Positions 13,543 through 26,200 are shown, numbered from the stretch's first letter. The stretch: 64,000 bases of DNA from Octopus vulgaris (GCA_951406725.2 OX597815.1:32984001-33048000), one strand, 5' to 3'. Notes: generated from the sequence alone by a model not told the origin. A program made the numbers and translations.

Positions 13543-13950
13543 GTAGAAGGACTTGTCCCAAACTTTGGCATCGAGAGTTACACAAATTCCAGAACTGGGC
13601 GCCACTGCATAGTGCCAAGGACTCCAAATTTGCCATCAAGATGTAGGACAAGATACTGTGATAGCTTGGGCTTCCGAGGCCCACAGCTCTTCAATATCCT
13701 CCCGAAGAACCTCAGAGACCTGCATGGGGTGGATGCAGATGTCTTTAAAATAAAACTGGATCTCTTCTTGTCAGGTGTCCCAGATGAACCAACTTCACGG
13801 TAGGAGGTGCAGATGAGGGCAGCTGCATCGAACTCTCTCATGCACCAAATGGCAATTGCTAAAAGGCATTCGTGAAGTAAAATCATGTAGCAACACCAAA
13901 TGGCGGTGCCCCAGCATGGCCACAGCTTGTGAGCTGAAACTAGATAAAAA
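13543..13950 (+). mobile_element. CR1/L2-group LINE 3' fragment
   Basis: EGLVPNFGIESY...RGPQLFNILPKNLRDL...FKIKLDLFLSGVPDEP; same family as 53928-54505; tail ggtgccccagcatggcc...ctgaaac. Confidence 0.75.
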
Positions 13951-14351
13951 AAATACAAGAACAAGTAGAAATAATAACGAAATGCCTGCACTAGTTCACG
14001 AAAGAAATTTGCTTAGGTGGGTGCAAACCCAGATCAAAAATCTTTTACAAACAAAGTTTTATTATTCTTTTTGTTCTTTGTTCTGTGAGGGGAAACCTAA
14101 CTTGAATTTGATTTTTATAGATATCTATTTATGCCCTGTTTTCTAAATCTGAAAAAAGTAACTAGGGGTCCAAATTTTGATTTTACATCCCCACGAAAAA
14201 TTTAGGGTGTGCGCTTGTACCCCCCCCCCCCCCGTTCTCGGGTCCATGATTGCCTGATGTACAAAAGATATAAGGGAAACAAGTAAACCATTTAGATACG
14301 ACAACCAATGCAGACTCTTGAAATTAGCACTGAGGTTGCCACTCATACTAT

Positions 14352-14602
14352 GGGTAAAAGTAAAGTTCCTTCCCCAGTCATAGTGACTCATGAGGGCTGG
14401 TTTCCCGGTTTTCATGGCGTATAAATTCCCCATGTGGATGGGACACCTATCCGTCGTAGGATTACTCATTTTTGTCAGCTGAGTAGACTGGAGCAACGTG
14501 AAATGAAGTGTTTTGCTCAAGAACACAACATGTTGCCCGGTCCAGGAATTGAAACCACAATCGTACGATCATGGGTCCAACACCCCTAACCACTAAACCA
14601 CT
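14352..14602 (-). mobile_element. tRNA-derived SINE
   Basis: Minus strand A-box tggtttagtggttagg, B-box-like ggtttcaattcc, tail ggaactttactttt. Confidence 0.6.
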
Positions 14603-16141
14603 GTCCGAAAATATCATCTCGATATTATTTACCTGACAGGCATGCTGTCTTTGGCAGAACTTTGTACAGTTAAATCCGTAGAACGGATAGGCCTAAGGAT
14701 ACAAATACAAGAAATTACAATTTTGTGGAGGGCATAGTTATAAAATGGAAGAATAGTAGTAGAATATTTCTGCCAGGACCTAAATAAAATGTATGCATAA
14801 CAGACCAGGTATAATGCCGAGACAGAGGAGAAGAATTGTGCAGAGTTGATGCAAATTAACTACCTTACAGAGGTAGTTAACGATTAGTGAAAAAACAAAT
14901 ATTTATGACGAATTAATGAGAAATCTGCAGATAATCCACACTTTAAGATTTATGCCTGTAATTATTAGAGCACTTGGATTATTAGAGCACTTTAACTAAC
15001 TGCCTCAGCCCCAATCCTGAGAAGTAGAGCTTTACAAAACCAGAAAGAAACCAGCTACGAAGAAAATTAAGGCTTTAATTTCCTTATTAGCTGGTTTCTT
15101 TCTATAAAGAGCATTACGAAAATATATAAAATATTTCAGAAGTTCAGCATGTAACATACATACATACACACATACATACATACATACATACATACATACA
15201 TACATACATACATACATACATACATACATACATACATAAAAACAAAAATACCCTGTTGTTGATGTTGAAATTCCAATGAAGGAGCCTTGGATCTAGCTTA
15301 GAAACCGGTTTTTTCTTTACTAGCAAGAAATCTTGAAATAAACTAAATAATGACATATAAACATACGAGGATCGACTGAAAAGTTCATAGGCTGACCAAG
15401 ATATATATGTGTGCGTGCTTGGCATCTGTTAGTCTCGAAAGACTATGGATCTGCGCCTTGTATTGGATTGGTGACAAGGTCAATGCATGAGTGAGTCACG
15501 GCACGTACAAAAGGCAAGTGTGCTTTCCGTTGTCACTGCCTGATATTTATGATTGAACTTTCAAAATATCTTCTTTCTCAACTTACTCAAGGTCTTTTGT
15601 TTTTTTAAATGGGAGAGAGAGATATATAGATAAAGATAGAGTAAGAGAAAGCTAGGGAGAGTCCGAGAGAAAGGAAGAGTAAGAGTGGGAAAGTGAGAGA
15701 GAAAAGAGAGAGAAATAAAGAGGGAGAATGTGGCGATAAGAAACAGAAAGGAAGCAACAGAAACTATGTAGTTGGGAAGCAAGCTTCTTATCACACAGCC
15801 ACGCCTGAAAGTATCTATGTGTATCATCATATATATATACATATACATACATCTTTTATCTTTTACTTGTTTCAGCCGTTAGAGTGCACCCATATTAGGG
15901 CACCAACACCGGCTGTCAAGCGGTGGTGAGGGGCAAACACACACACACACATACACACACATACACACACACACACACACACACGTATATATGAATATAT
16001 ATAGGTTTGAATGAAAAGGCAACTTTCGAGATATTGACAATCATAACACATTATTTTCCACAATATATTTTTTCGAAAGACACGAAATATATATATAGAT
16101 ACTAAAAATCTATATAAAATATATGAATATATAAAAATATA

Positions 16142-16526
16142 TCTCTCTCTATATAAACGGCAGTTTGTCTGTGCGTTTTCTGTGTGTCTGTTTTCTCGTA
16201 CCCTCACTCTGACCACGGCTTTCAACCGATTCTGATGAAACTTGACACACACATAGCCCAATGTCATAATTCAAAACTAACGCAGCGAAAATTTTGAAAA
16301 GTTCCCCCAGTTCTGAAAAAAATCGATAAATTCGACATGGGGTCGAGAATCAGAAACCCAAACCACAGACCGTCTAGGGGACGCAACTCCACCTTTTTTA
16401 ACTCTCAAAAAAAAATTTAACATCATTTTTTTCCCATTTTTTTGCTATTTTTTGGCTATAACTCTCTAAAAATGCTTTATAGTTATTTCCCTTACAAACC
16501 TGAGCAACGCCGGGCGATACTGCTAG
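16142..16526 (+). mobile_element. Non-autonomous Helitron
   Basis: Begins TC after A, ends CTAG before T, subterminal GC-rich hairpin cctgagcaacgccggg; 3' about 100 bp shared with 31346-31641. Confidence 0.8.
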
Positions 16527-16775
16527 TAAATATATAAAATACAAAATATATATTCGTATGAGATCGTCTGAATCCGTTCAAAAACATAAAACGGTCGGAT
16601 GTTAAATATACACAATCAATGCATTGCAAAATCATAACTATTAAAAGCTGAATGGTTAACTAAAAAAGTGAATACTTAATTTTTGTCACAACATAGAATA
16701 CATGGTCCAAATATGAAGTCTTTCGCTATCACTTAAACAATTTTTTAAAGAGATTTTCAATTTTTTAAAAACTTT

Positions 16776-16860
16776 TCCCTGATGAAGGAAATATATATAC
16801 TCGAGCGAGGTACAAATAGTTTACCTTTTCTGAAATACCTTTCCTGAAACGGTCGTAGGA
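16776..16860 (+). ncRNA. Type I minimal hammerhead ribozyme motif
   Basis: tcc-CTGATGA-aggaaa...tttcct-GAAA-cggtcg-TA-gga: intact catalytic core, stem I tcc/gga, stem II aggaaa/tttcct; stem III is the palindrome cggccg in the second copy near 17794. Confidence 0.7.
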
Positions 16861-18386
16861 TATATACGAACTCGATCTATGGACTTAGGTATTCAGTTTT
16901 TTAGCTACCCATTCAGCTTTTAATATGTATGATTTTGCAATGCATTGACTAAGGAAATGTATATACTCGAGATGGGTATTGTAGCAATATCCATTTTAGC
17001 CATTTTGAAATGTGGCGCGAATTGGCAATATGACGTAATGTCTTTGCCGAAGAATTATCATTTTCGTTTTTTTCCCCCATTGGCTGATATAACTGCTCAT
17101 ATAAAGATTCTAGAAGTTTCGAAAAGAATGTTTGTCCTGAATTTCGATTCTATTTGGTCAGGTTGAGCAGTTATAAAAACCCTGGATTTGGGGAGAGACT
17201 TTAGTGTTCGTTGGTAGTCACTCAACTCCACGTCACTCACTCTTTTGGAGACATCGGTAATTTTTATGCCATGTCCAAGTTAATCACAAATCTATTTTGA
17301 TTTATTGATTAATGCATTAGATAGTAAGAAGACATTAGCTAAGGAATTTATGGTCGTTTTCCTTCACGACGAAGTTATCTTTCTTACTGTAAATAACATA
17401 AAATGTTATATTTATATAATAAAAATAATTAAAAAGAAAATGTTTCTCTTCACGTTTGTTTTTCAACTGAACATAGATAAATATGCATTTCTGTAATCTT
17501 TGATTTATGTTTCTTATAGCGGTTTAAAGGACATGATTAAAATATTCAACATACATGGTCGTTGATGTAGCGTTCCATGCGTATATGTCTCTATGACGTT
17601 ATAACAGTAGTTAGGGTTTTAGATATAATGATAACACTTGAGTATAAGTGACGTTGAATCATTATATTCTCCCTTACTCAGAGAAAAGCCTAAATAAATA
17701 GTATAACCTAAGAGAAAGCTTAAGGTAGAATAACCGAAAACCGCCGAAGGAAAGTATAAATAGTTCACCTTTTCTGAAATACCTTTCCTGAAACGGCCGT
17801 AGGATATATACGAATTCGATCTATGGACTCAAGTATTCAGTTTTTTAGCTACCCATTCAGCTTTTAACATTTATGATTCTGCAATGCATTGACTGTGTAC
17901 ATTCAACATCCGATATTTTTATGTTTTAGAACAGATTCAAACGATCTCATACGCATTTTGTATTTTTGTATTTTATATATTTATAAATTTTTATATATTC
18001 ATATTTATATATTTTATATAAATTTTTAGTAGCTATATATTATATATTATATTGTATATTTCGAATATATTATATTGTATATTTTGAGCCAACCAAAACC
18101 TTGTGATTAGAATTGCTAGACGGAAACTCTCTCTCTCTCTCTCTCTCTTTACATGTATATATATATGTATATATATATGTGTGTGTGTGTGTGTGTATAT
18201 ATGTGTGTGCATGTGTGCGTGTGTAGGTGTGGGTGTGTTTTTGTGTGTGTGTGTGTGTGTATGGCTTCTTTGAGTTTTCACTCAAAGGTTTTGGTCGGTC
18301 CGGTATCACGCAGTGGAGCTGAACCCAGAAACACGTGGTTGGGAAGCACGCTTTTTAGCATTCAGCCACGCCTATATATATATCTT

Positions 18387-18432
<46 letters not shown>

Positions 18433-18639
18433 CATATTTTATGAAAGCTGCAAAATTATCACAGAACTATTATTCAGTGTTTCACGTTCCCGTTCGTCGG
18501 AAAACTGTGTTTGCATTCATGTGTGCATTTATGTGTCTATATACATACATGTATACATACATGCATACATACATACATACATACATACATACATACATAC
18601 ATACATACATACATACATACATACATACATACATACATA

Positions 18640-18770
18640 CAGATCTCACTCCATGTGATTTTTACCTGTGGGATTACACAAAAGAGGTGTACAAGACAAA
18701 ACCTCGCACACTAGAAGACTTGGAAACACGGATTCAGAAGGTTCTTAGTGATATCCCAGATGGCATCCCG
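18640..18770 (+). mobile_element. Tc1/mariner-superfamily transposase C-terminal fragment
   Basis: DLTPCDFYLWDYTKEVYKTKPRTLEDLETRI matches the PDL.P.DF.LWG..K..VY...P.T...L...I motif. Confidence 0.65.
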
Positions 18771-18939
18771 GTAGGTATAAAAGACTAACTGGCGTCTCTT
18801 GGCTAGTGTACAGGCGACAAACAGGTCGATGATGTTTAATGTGCACTCCACTGTCGTTATTTAAATTGCCGTTATTTTGTGCGTCTGTGTGTAAAGATCA
18901 GTTGTATTTTGAAGGGTTGTTATATTTTTACCCTTAACT

Positions 18940-19850
18940 TAGAAATGGAGAAAGACAGAGTGCTATATATATAAAAAAAAAACAAGCCATTTAGAGTTAG
19001 AAATATTGCAGAAAAACGGGGAAAAGGTACGTCGATTCCTTCACTAAAAACTCGAACATTCCAGATAAAATGGTATGAACAGATTGATTGGCTTTGTGCA
19101 AGTATCGTCACAGAGAAACTCTACTGCTGGCCATATTCGTTGTTTCAACTAAAAGCTAATTAGTCATGGGCAGATGGAAGCTATAATAATTACACAAACA
19201 TCCTGAGTGACTGTAAGCATCACAGTATATCAGTGAGTCATTTAAGTAGTTATAAAAGTTTGAAAACTTTCGAATTGTACGATATTGTGACAGCTATTAG
19301 TGAGTCTGCTAAACTGGAAAAAGAACGGCAGTTGAAGAAAATAGACAATATTTAAAGCAGTCGACAAATGCTGTGTTTTATATCTGTGTAAACAAGAGTT
19401 GCATTACGTGGACATGATGAAGGAAGTGACAGCCTTAATAGAGGAAATTACCGTGAAATATTGTAGTGCTTCGCTGAAATCGACAGCGTGTTTGCTTCTA
19501 GACTTTCTACTAAAGAGAGGTCGAAACAGTTTTCAGGAGTCTCAAGCACAATACAAAATGATCAAATACAAGCGATTGGAAATATCATCTCTGATGAAAT
19601 TAGAAGCGAAGTTGATAGAGCTCCGTTTATGTCTATACAAGCTGACGAAATTAGAGACTGTGCAATGCATGCCCAATTGTTGATCATAATAAGATATGCA
19701 TATGAAAACAAAACATGTGAACGATTTCTTGGATTCTATGAAGTCAGTGATGATAAAAGTGCCACAAGACTGGCTGATGTGATTGCAACTGCACTGAACT
19801 CCTTCATTGACGCTGCAGATAAATTTGTGAGCCAGACTTACAAAGGAGCA
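18940..19850 (+). mobile_element. hAT transposase pseudogene (DUF4371/ZMYM1-like type), 3' truncated
   Basis: KWY..IDWL...LYCWP..LF, LRGHDE...NRGNY, S..IQND.I, SIQADE..D...AQL.IIIRY...ERFLGF, SQTYKGA; stops in the 5' part; ends abruptly at the LINE junction. Confidence 0.85.
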
Positions 19851-21255
19851 TTTCTTTAGCATCGTGTTGGGGAATGCCGTTATCATCAATCAATGGCCCA
19901 ATGGGTGAGACAGTGGTTCTATGCTTATTTGCATAAGAATAGAACACTTTTGGGTTCTGTTTGATGTTTTTGATTACCCATTGTTCCTCCACAGCTCTTT
20001 GATTTTCAATGGAGGTTTTCATGTTGGTCTGCAGATGAAGTTTTTCCAGCTCTAGTCTTTTCATTGTTGTTGAATGTGGATGTTGTGTGTGGGAATATTT
20101 TAATTGGTTGATTTTTTTGTTGAGTCTTTTGATGCGCCTGATGAGTGTTTTTTTCTTTTTAGGGAGCCGGTTTCTGTTTGTGTTAGTAGATTTCTTGGGA
20201 GCGTGTTTAGAGCATGTATAGGTGACAATGTTTTCAAAGTGCTGCCACGCGGTCTCAATATGAGAGGAATTGAGAGTAAAAGACCAGTCGATGGAAGACA
20301 GATCCTTTCTGATTGTTCCCCAGTCCGCTTTGTGGAAGTTTATGTTGTCAAATGGGTGCCATGGAGTGGGATTGGCTGGTTTGGTTTTTATATGTCGGGA
20401 ATTAAGATTGCAGAGTACCATGTCGTGGTCTGAGAGGAGAGTTTTTTCGACTGAAATACTGTGAACGTAGCTAGAGTGATTGGTCAATACCAGATCCAAG
20501 ATCGTTTTATTCTGTCTCGTTGGTTCAAGCACTAGCTGAGTCAGGAAATACTCATCCATCAGATTAAAGAGCAGTTCTGCTGCTGCTCTATCTGATGTAG
20601 AGCACTTGCCTAACTTCAGAGTATCTGTGGGCCAGTTCACATGAGGGAGGTTAAAATCACCCATCACTAGTATGTTTCCGGGGTGGTACTTCCGAAGGAA
20701 GGACTTGACTTTGCTAAGGCACTCTTCAAAGTACTTTAGAGGTGCCTGGGGAGGCCTGTAAAGACCAACAATGGTTATGTCCTTGGCTTTGTTGTATAGT
20801 GATACCGATTCACAGTAGCCATTGGAAAATATGTCCTTGGCATCAAGTGAAAAGGAGTTATGGATAAAGATGGCTGTCCCTCCCTTATTTCGGTCTGTGC
20901 GATCCGCACGAACAATGGTGAAATCTTTTATTTTCACCTCTGCGTCCATATGGGTGTTGTTCAGGTGAGTCTCGGTAAGGATAAAGAAAGGGAAGCAATG
21001 TGCCATTTCGGCAAGCCAACTCTCTATATATGGGATCTTCCATTTTTGGGCAATAATTGATGGGTTGATGCCACGTAGATTTAACAGGAATGTCGAGGTA
21101 AGGGAAGTTGGTAATGGGTGAGTGGTCCTTGTGATTTGCATAGATGGTTGGTGATAGCTCGCTGGATCTCCTGGCTTAGGTCGGCCTTCATATTTTCTAG
21201 GTATGTCAGTAAAAAGAGTTACTTGTTTGGTTTGCCACTTGGTCAGAGGATACAT
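19804..21255 (-). CDS. LINE ORF2 N-terminal part: intact apurinic-like (APE) endonuclease plus linker, RT absent
   Basis: 483-codon open frame with NLRG, LTETHL, RADR...KGG, GLYRPP, MGDFN.P.VNW, EPTR...LDLVLTN, SDH motifs and KQNPKVFYSY linker; runs into antisense hAT sequence at about 19850. Confidence 0.8.
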   Translation of the reverse strand: MYPLTKWQTKQVTLFTDIPRKYEGRPKPGDPASYHQPSMQITRTTHPLPTSLTSTFLLNLRGINPSIIAQKWKIPYIESWLAEMAHCFPFFILTETHLNNTHMDAEVKIKDFTIVRADRTDRNKGGTAIFIHNSFSLDAKDIFSNGYCESVSLYNKAKDITIVGLYRPPQAPLKYFEECLSKVKSFLRKYHPGNILVMGDFNLPHVNWPTDTLKLGKCSTSDRAAAELLFNLMDEYFLTQLVLEPTRQNKTILDLVLTNHSSYVHSISVEKTLLSDHDMVLCNLNSRHIKTKPANPTPWHPFDNINFHKADWGTIRKDLSSIDWSFTLNSSHIETAWQHFENIVTYTCSKHAPKKSTNTNRNRLPKKKKTLIRRIKRLNKKINQLKYSHTQHPHSTTMKRLELEKLHLQTNMKTSIENQRAVEEQWVIKNIKQNPKVFYSYANKHRTTVSPIGPLIDDNGIPQHDAKEMLLCKSGSQIYLQRQ

Positions 21256-21623
21256 ATTTCATGTTGGCGTTATTTGGTGTTTTCTCATGGTTCTGTCTAC
21301 GTTGTTTGATTGTAGGAGGGGAAACGTGGTTGTATTTTGTTCTTGTTGTTGTCCTAGATTTCCTCTGTTTCTGTTTATATTTATTCTGTGATCGTTTTGT
21401 GCCCTTCAGATGGTGGTTGCATTCTGGGTTCAGGCACATCCTTTGTGAGACAGAAGTTTGGCACAGTTTAGGATGGAATAAGGTGCATCCATTGCCTTTT
21501 GTGCATCCGTATTTAGGATCAGAACCATGGATTCTGTATTTAGGACAGTATTTGGGGTGGAGGTGGGAGCAATTTTTTCCTGTTATACCATATGGACAGG
21601 TGCCCATAACAATACTGTATTTT
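21206..21623 (-). CDS. LINE ORF1 C-terminal CCCH-type zinc fingers; candidate terminal exon of a spliced chimeric gene
   Basis: GTCPYG..GKNCSHLHP / KYCPKY......GCTKGNGCTLFHP / KLC......MCLNPECNHH; acceptor tttacaaatgttttctAG ending at 21624. Confidence 0.6.
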
Positions 21624-21764
21624 CTAGAAAACATTTGTAAACATACACTTCTCTTATAAAATGAAATCTATACTATATCGTGACAACAAATATTTTGTCA
21701 TACCCACTATAAACCATTCTCTAACAAAACAGCATAAAAAAAAGTACATGAATGTCATACTTAC

Positions 21765-22039
<275 letters not shown>

Positions 22040-22040
<1 letters not shown>

Positions 22041-23075
22041 TGGTTTGTTTTATTGGTCACAAGGGCCTAAGACATGGCGTAGAATATCGAAGGACGAGTT
22101 ACAGCACAAAAAAAATTAGAAAGACGAAAATATGTTGAGTTAACATCAGTCAAGGGAAGAGACTCCCGCATTAAAGGATTTAACAGAGGATCTATAATAG
22201 AAAGCAGAGAAATAAATAGCAAATATATAAATAAATAGGATCCCCAATTGCGGGGCAGTCCATTTAGAGCAATCAGGAGTAAACCCCACACCAAATCCCG
22301 AATTACTCTTCTATCTTCAAGGCACTGGAAAGAGCCCTCTTCCAGTTTCTATCCACTTGCTCAGAAAAGCATATTCAGAGTAGATCCATTCAGTCTCACC
22401 AGTCTTGTCGCTGTCAACCACCTTTTGATAAACACACTAGAAGGTAACACCCCCCTCTCTACCCTCACCTTCCTCTTCAAATGATATTTGATGAAATTGA
22501 TGAGAGCTTGGCCAGATAGGAATGTGCCTGTCTTCAAACATTTCAGACGGGTCCACCACAGAGCATCTTTTGCCACAGCTACTAAATAAAGATCTGCCTT
22601 CCTTCTCTGCTAAGGGAAGGTGGTGCGCCAATCTTCACTATACACTCGGCGGATAGCTAAATTCTTCTTACACGCGACAACAGCTGTTCCACACAATCCC
22701 ACGACTCTCTAATGCACGGACACTGGATTATTGTATGTAGGATAGTTTCGTCCCCACACAAGTATCTCGGGCAGGTTCGGCTGTTGGCACTTACATGCCT
22801 GAAGAGCTTGTCTAGAACGGGCAATGCCCCTCAGTAGCATTGTCAAGCCAAAGACTTTTGGAAATTGCCCATGATCTTCAATCCGCAAGTCCTCTGGAAA
22901 AGACTACTCAAACTGTTCTTGACAATACCTAGATTCAATCCTAGGCCATCATCACTCGTATCCTCAAGTAGCCCCCTATAGAAATCTTGGGTTGCTTTCC
23001 TGCTAACGATTTTGGGTAGCTTGTACAATACAGTGAGCGCCTGGCAACATTCTAGACCAAAACCAGACATTCAAA
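22040..23075 (-). mobile_element. L1/Tx1-clade LINE 3' fragment
   Basis: FQKSLAWQ...GALPV...TCPR.LCGDET..H....C zf-RVT-like region, then the same C-terminus as 449-1058; AATAAA before the (ATT)n tail. Confidence 0.7.
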
Positions 23076-23094
23076 TACTTAAGAATTAATGAAT

Positions 23095-23565
23095 TAGATA
23101 CAACACTCACAAATAGAAGAAAAAATAAGAAAGGAATACGATAGACGAGTTAGATTAATACTGAAAACAGAGATCAATGCGAAAACCAGATAATAGTTAT
23201 CAACGCTCTGTTGACAAAGTTTCTCCAAAAGAAACAGCGAAACTTTCAAAATACAAAGATTTGGAAATAGAGGTAACTCGAAAGTTGGGCCTAAAATAGA
23301 AACAATTCCTATTATAATAGGCGCATTAGGTATGATAAAAAAAACATGCAGAGAAATGCATAGCAAAAACTCCAGGACTTACAAGTATATATAGCATTCA
23401 AAAATGAGCACTACTAGGTACCGCACACGTCCTATGTAAAACACTTTCAATACATTGAAAATAAGAGCACCACAACAAACCACAGCACATACCAAAGGCA
23501 CTCAGAGCTGCGCTCGGTAGTGCAGTGAAAGCACATGATAAAAATAAGACAACTGAATAATAATA
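23095..23565 (+). mobile_element. R4/Dong-like LINE fragment, internally deleted
   Basis: KEYDRRVRLILKTEINAK joined to KLSKYKDLEIE...IPIIIGALG...QK.ALLGT; 3' UTR shared with 36098-36445; aataataat tail. Confidence 0.75.
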
Positions 23566-24642
23566 AGAAGAATGGTTTGAAATTTTGCCACAAGGGCAGC
23601 CACTTGGGGGTAGAGGACGTATCGATCACATCGACCCAGTGTTCAACTGGTACTTAATTTGTCGAGTTCGAAAGGATGAAAGGCAAAGTCGACTTCGGTT
23701 GAATCTGAACTCCGAAAGTAGAGACGGACGAAATGTCATAAGCATTTTGTCCGGCGTGCTAACGATTCTGTCAGCCCGCCGCCTTCGCCAGCAACTGACA
23801 ATGCATGGAAAACTAGACTGATCTTCGAAGATATGACGTGTAATTAATTATCAGTAGATTCTACTGATATACAAACACTGTGTCCATTGTCTAAACATGA
23901 TAGATTTAACGTTTAAATGATTATCTCCAAACCACATGTATTATATTAAGCAATGTTTTTGTAATTTGATAATTTATTTACGACAGATGTCAACACTTCA
24001 TTCTGCTTTCGGAATCTCTTCATCGGATGATGATCATTGATTAAAGTCCTGCAGGTGCAAGATACGTGTAGGAAATGACTTGTGATGACAAGCAAGGTGG
24101 TCAAAACGATAGTAACGAAGACGTGAGGGTAACAGTGGATGCGTTAAAACGATATATGAGTTATAAATGATTTTTTATATACATAAATGTGTGTGTGCAT
24201 GTGAGAGTGAGTGTGCGTGAGTGTACCTGTCTGGATGTATGCGAGTGTATGTGTGCATGCATACACACACACACACACACACACACGCGCGCGCGCGAAT
24301 AGAAATGGCATAAAATATTGGTCACCATGTAATAAAAGGTGATTGTTGAAGCCACGTGAAAGTTTAATGTGTTACGTTCTCATATCACATTCACGCCTAG
24401 AATGCATTCTGGGAAATGATTCCAGTAATTAAGCAATATCTCGTTTTACTGACTCCGGAAAGATGATGGGTGACGTTGATTGACCCTGGCAAGATTTGAC
24501 CTCAGAACGTATAAGTGTATAAGCCGTAACTAAATAACGCAAACAACTCTTGTTCGATTTTCCTAACGATTCTTCCAAATTCATGTGAATGTTTAAGGTA
24601 GCAATCATTAAGCAATGAACGTTATTAATGCTTCAAACAGGA

Positions 24643-24726
<84 letters not shown>

Positions 24727-25017
24727 GTCTCTGTCTGTCTGTCTGTCTCTCTCTGTCTCTCTGTCTTTCTGTCTCTCTCTGTTTCTGTCTCTGTCTCTCT
24801 CTCTCTATCTATCGATCTATCTATGCATACCTATGTTTATATTTTCTAGTATAAAATCAATGTTGTCTCAAAAGCTGTTACTTAACGATTCGATAAAATA
24901 AATACCAGACTGCGATAGTAACCGAAAGACGGTGTCCCAAGCAGGAAGATATATTATAAACTTGGCTAGATTATAGTAAAATGTTTATATGAATTTCAAA
25001 GAAATAAGTTTACTTAC

Positions 25018-25107
25018 ACCAATAGATTTTTGTAAATTTGCAATTCGCTCCCTATGCATCTGTCTCCTGCGTGCTTCATTATGTTCTTGGACACCACTTG
25101 AGGCCAT
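25018..25107 (-). CDS. Candidate first coding exon (MASSGVQEHNEARRRQMHRERIANLQKSIG)
   Basis: Acceptor cgttttcAG ending at 25132, ATG at 25107 in aagaATGG context, exactly 30 codons, GTAAGT donor at 25017-25012. Confidence 0.5.
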
Positions 25108-25974
25108 TCTTCAAAATTTAAAATACAACTTCTGAAAACGACCCGATGATTATAGCAACAGCAACAACATCGCCATTAGCAACAACAAAAGTAAAAGTCA
25201 GTTTGTTACAGTAAAACCTTCATCTAATTCTGCCACTTATAGGATAAAAGTCTTAACAGGCAGATCTCTCTACAATATGTTAGAATACTACTTAAATCAT
25301 ATGAAGGAGTCTCTTGTTTGTCGTTTAACTTGCTAGAAATAAAACCAAATTCCATCAAATTAAATCCTGCCGCATTGAGAAAAAGATTAAAAGAAAAGGT
25401 GCAAAATATCCTTATTTTAAAGCAGGAAATGTAATTTAGGCGGGAATTGTTAGCATATATTTCTAGCACCTGTGTAGAGGTCACTTCGTTGGTTCTTTGA
25501 AATACAGGCTGAGCTGCATTGAGAAGAAAGTCTTTGAAAGAATGCACAAGGGAATGACAACGGAGAAGAGATTCTTGCAGATCTTGTTGTGATTCTTGGT
25601 CAGGGACTCCGTAATGATATGACCGAATTAGATACACCACGTGACTATTTGGAGCATCACTAAAGGAACCATCAACAACTTGACTGGTTATAAAGGATAT
25701 TGTCCATTTCCTTTTCAAATCGACTACAAAATATTATTTGTACAAGTTTCACTAATTCCTATCAGCAAGGAGTTTGCAAACGAAATTATAAGTCTAGCTT
25801 CTGATGAATATATGATGAGTGTGACGACAACAATCTCGTTACTGACTGGTCGCAGAATCTTATGAGAATAATTAAGTTCAGTTGGGAACAAAAGAAATCT
25901 GACGTTTAAGGAGTGTTTCTACATCTAAGTGTAAAATATTCATTTAACATATACACACACACACATATATATAT

Positions 25975-26197
25975 TTCTTTACTACCCACAAGGGGCTAAA
26001 CATAGAGGGGACAAACAAGGACAGACAAAGGGAGTAAGTCGATTACATCGACCCCAGTGCGAAACTGGTACTTTATCGACCCCGAAAGGATGAATGGTAA
26101 AGTCGACCTCGGCGGAATTTGAACCCAGAACGTAACGACAGACGAAAAACCGCAAAGCATTTCGCCCGGCGCGCTAACGTTTCTGCCAGCTCGCCGC

Positions 26198-26200
<3 letters not shown>
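25975..26200 (-). mobile_element. tRNA-derived SINE family A (resembles Meta-domain SINEs)
   Basis: Head ggcggcgagctggcagaaacgttagc, B-box gttcaaattcc, core gcctttcatcctttcggggtcgataaattaagtaccag (slightly variant here). Further copies at about 23590-23790(-), 26633-26862(+), 30250-30432(-), 32685-33025(+), 34078-34700(+), 44510-44722(-), 51070-52390 (several). Confidence 0.85.

Larger units (their letters stand above)
16050..18075. mobile_element. Penelope-type pseudo-LTR complex with direct and inverted copies
   Basis: About 16780-16950 repeats directly at about 17745-17893; about 16060-16680 (minus the Helitron) is the reverse complement of about 17830-18060; contains a hammerhead motif. 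Confidence 0.65.

Noticed and set aside
23981-24048. Possible extra minus-strand exon (TLINDHHPMKRFRKQNEVLTSV)
   Set aside because: Weak donor, and its open frame is out of phase with the upstream candidate exon
25224-25718. 164-aa minus-strand ORF in unique sequence
   Set aside because: No recognisable domain and no convincing splice-site pair; may be UTR or intron of the candidate gene
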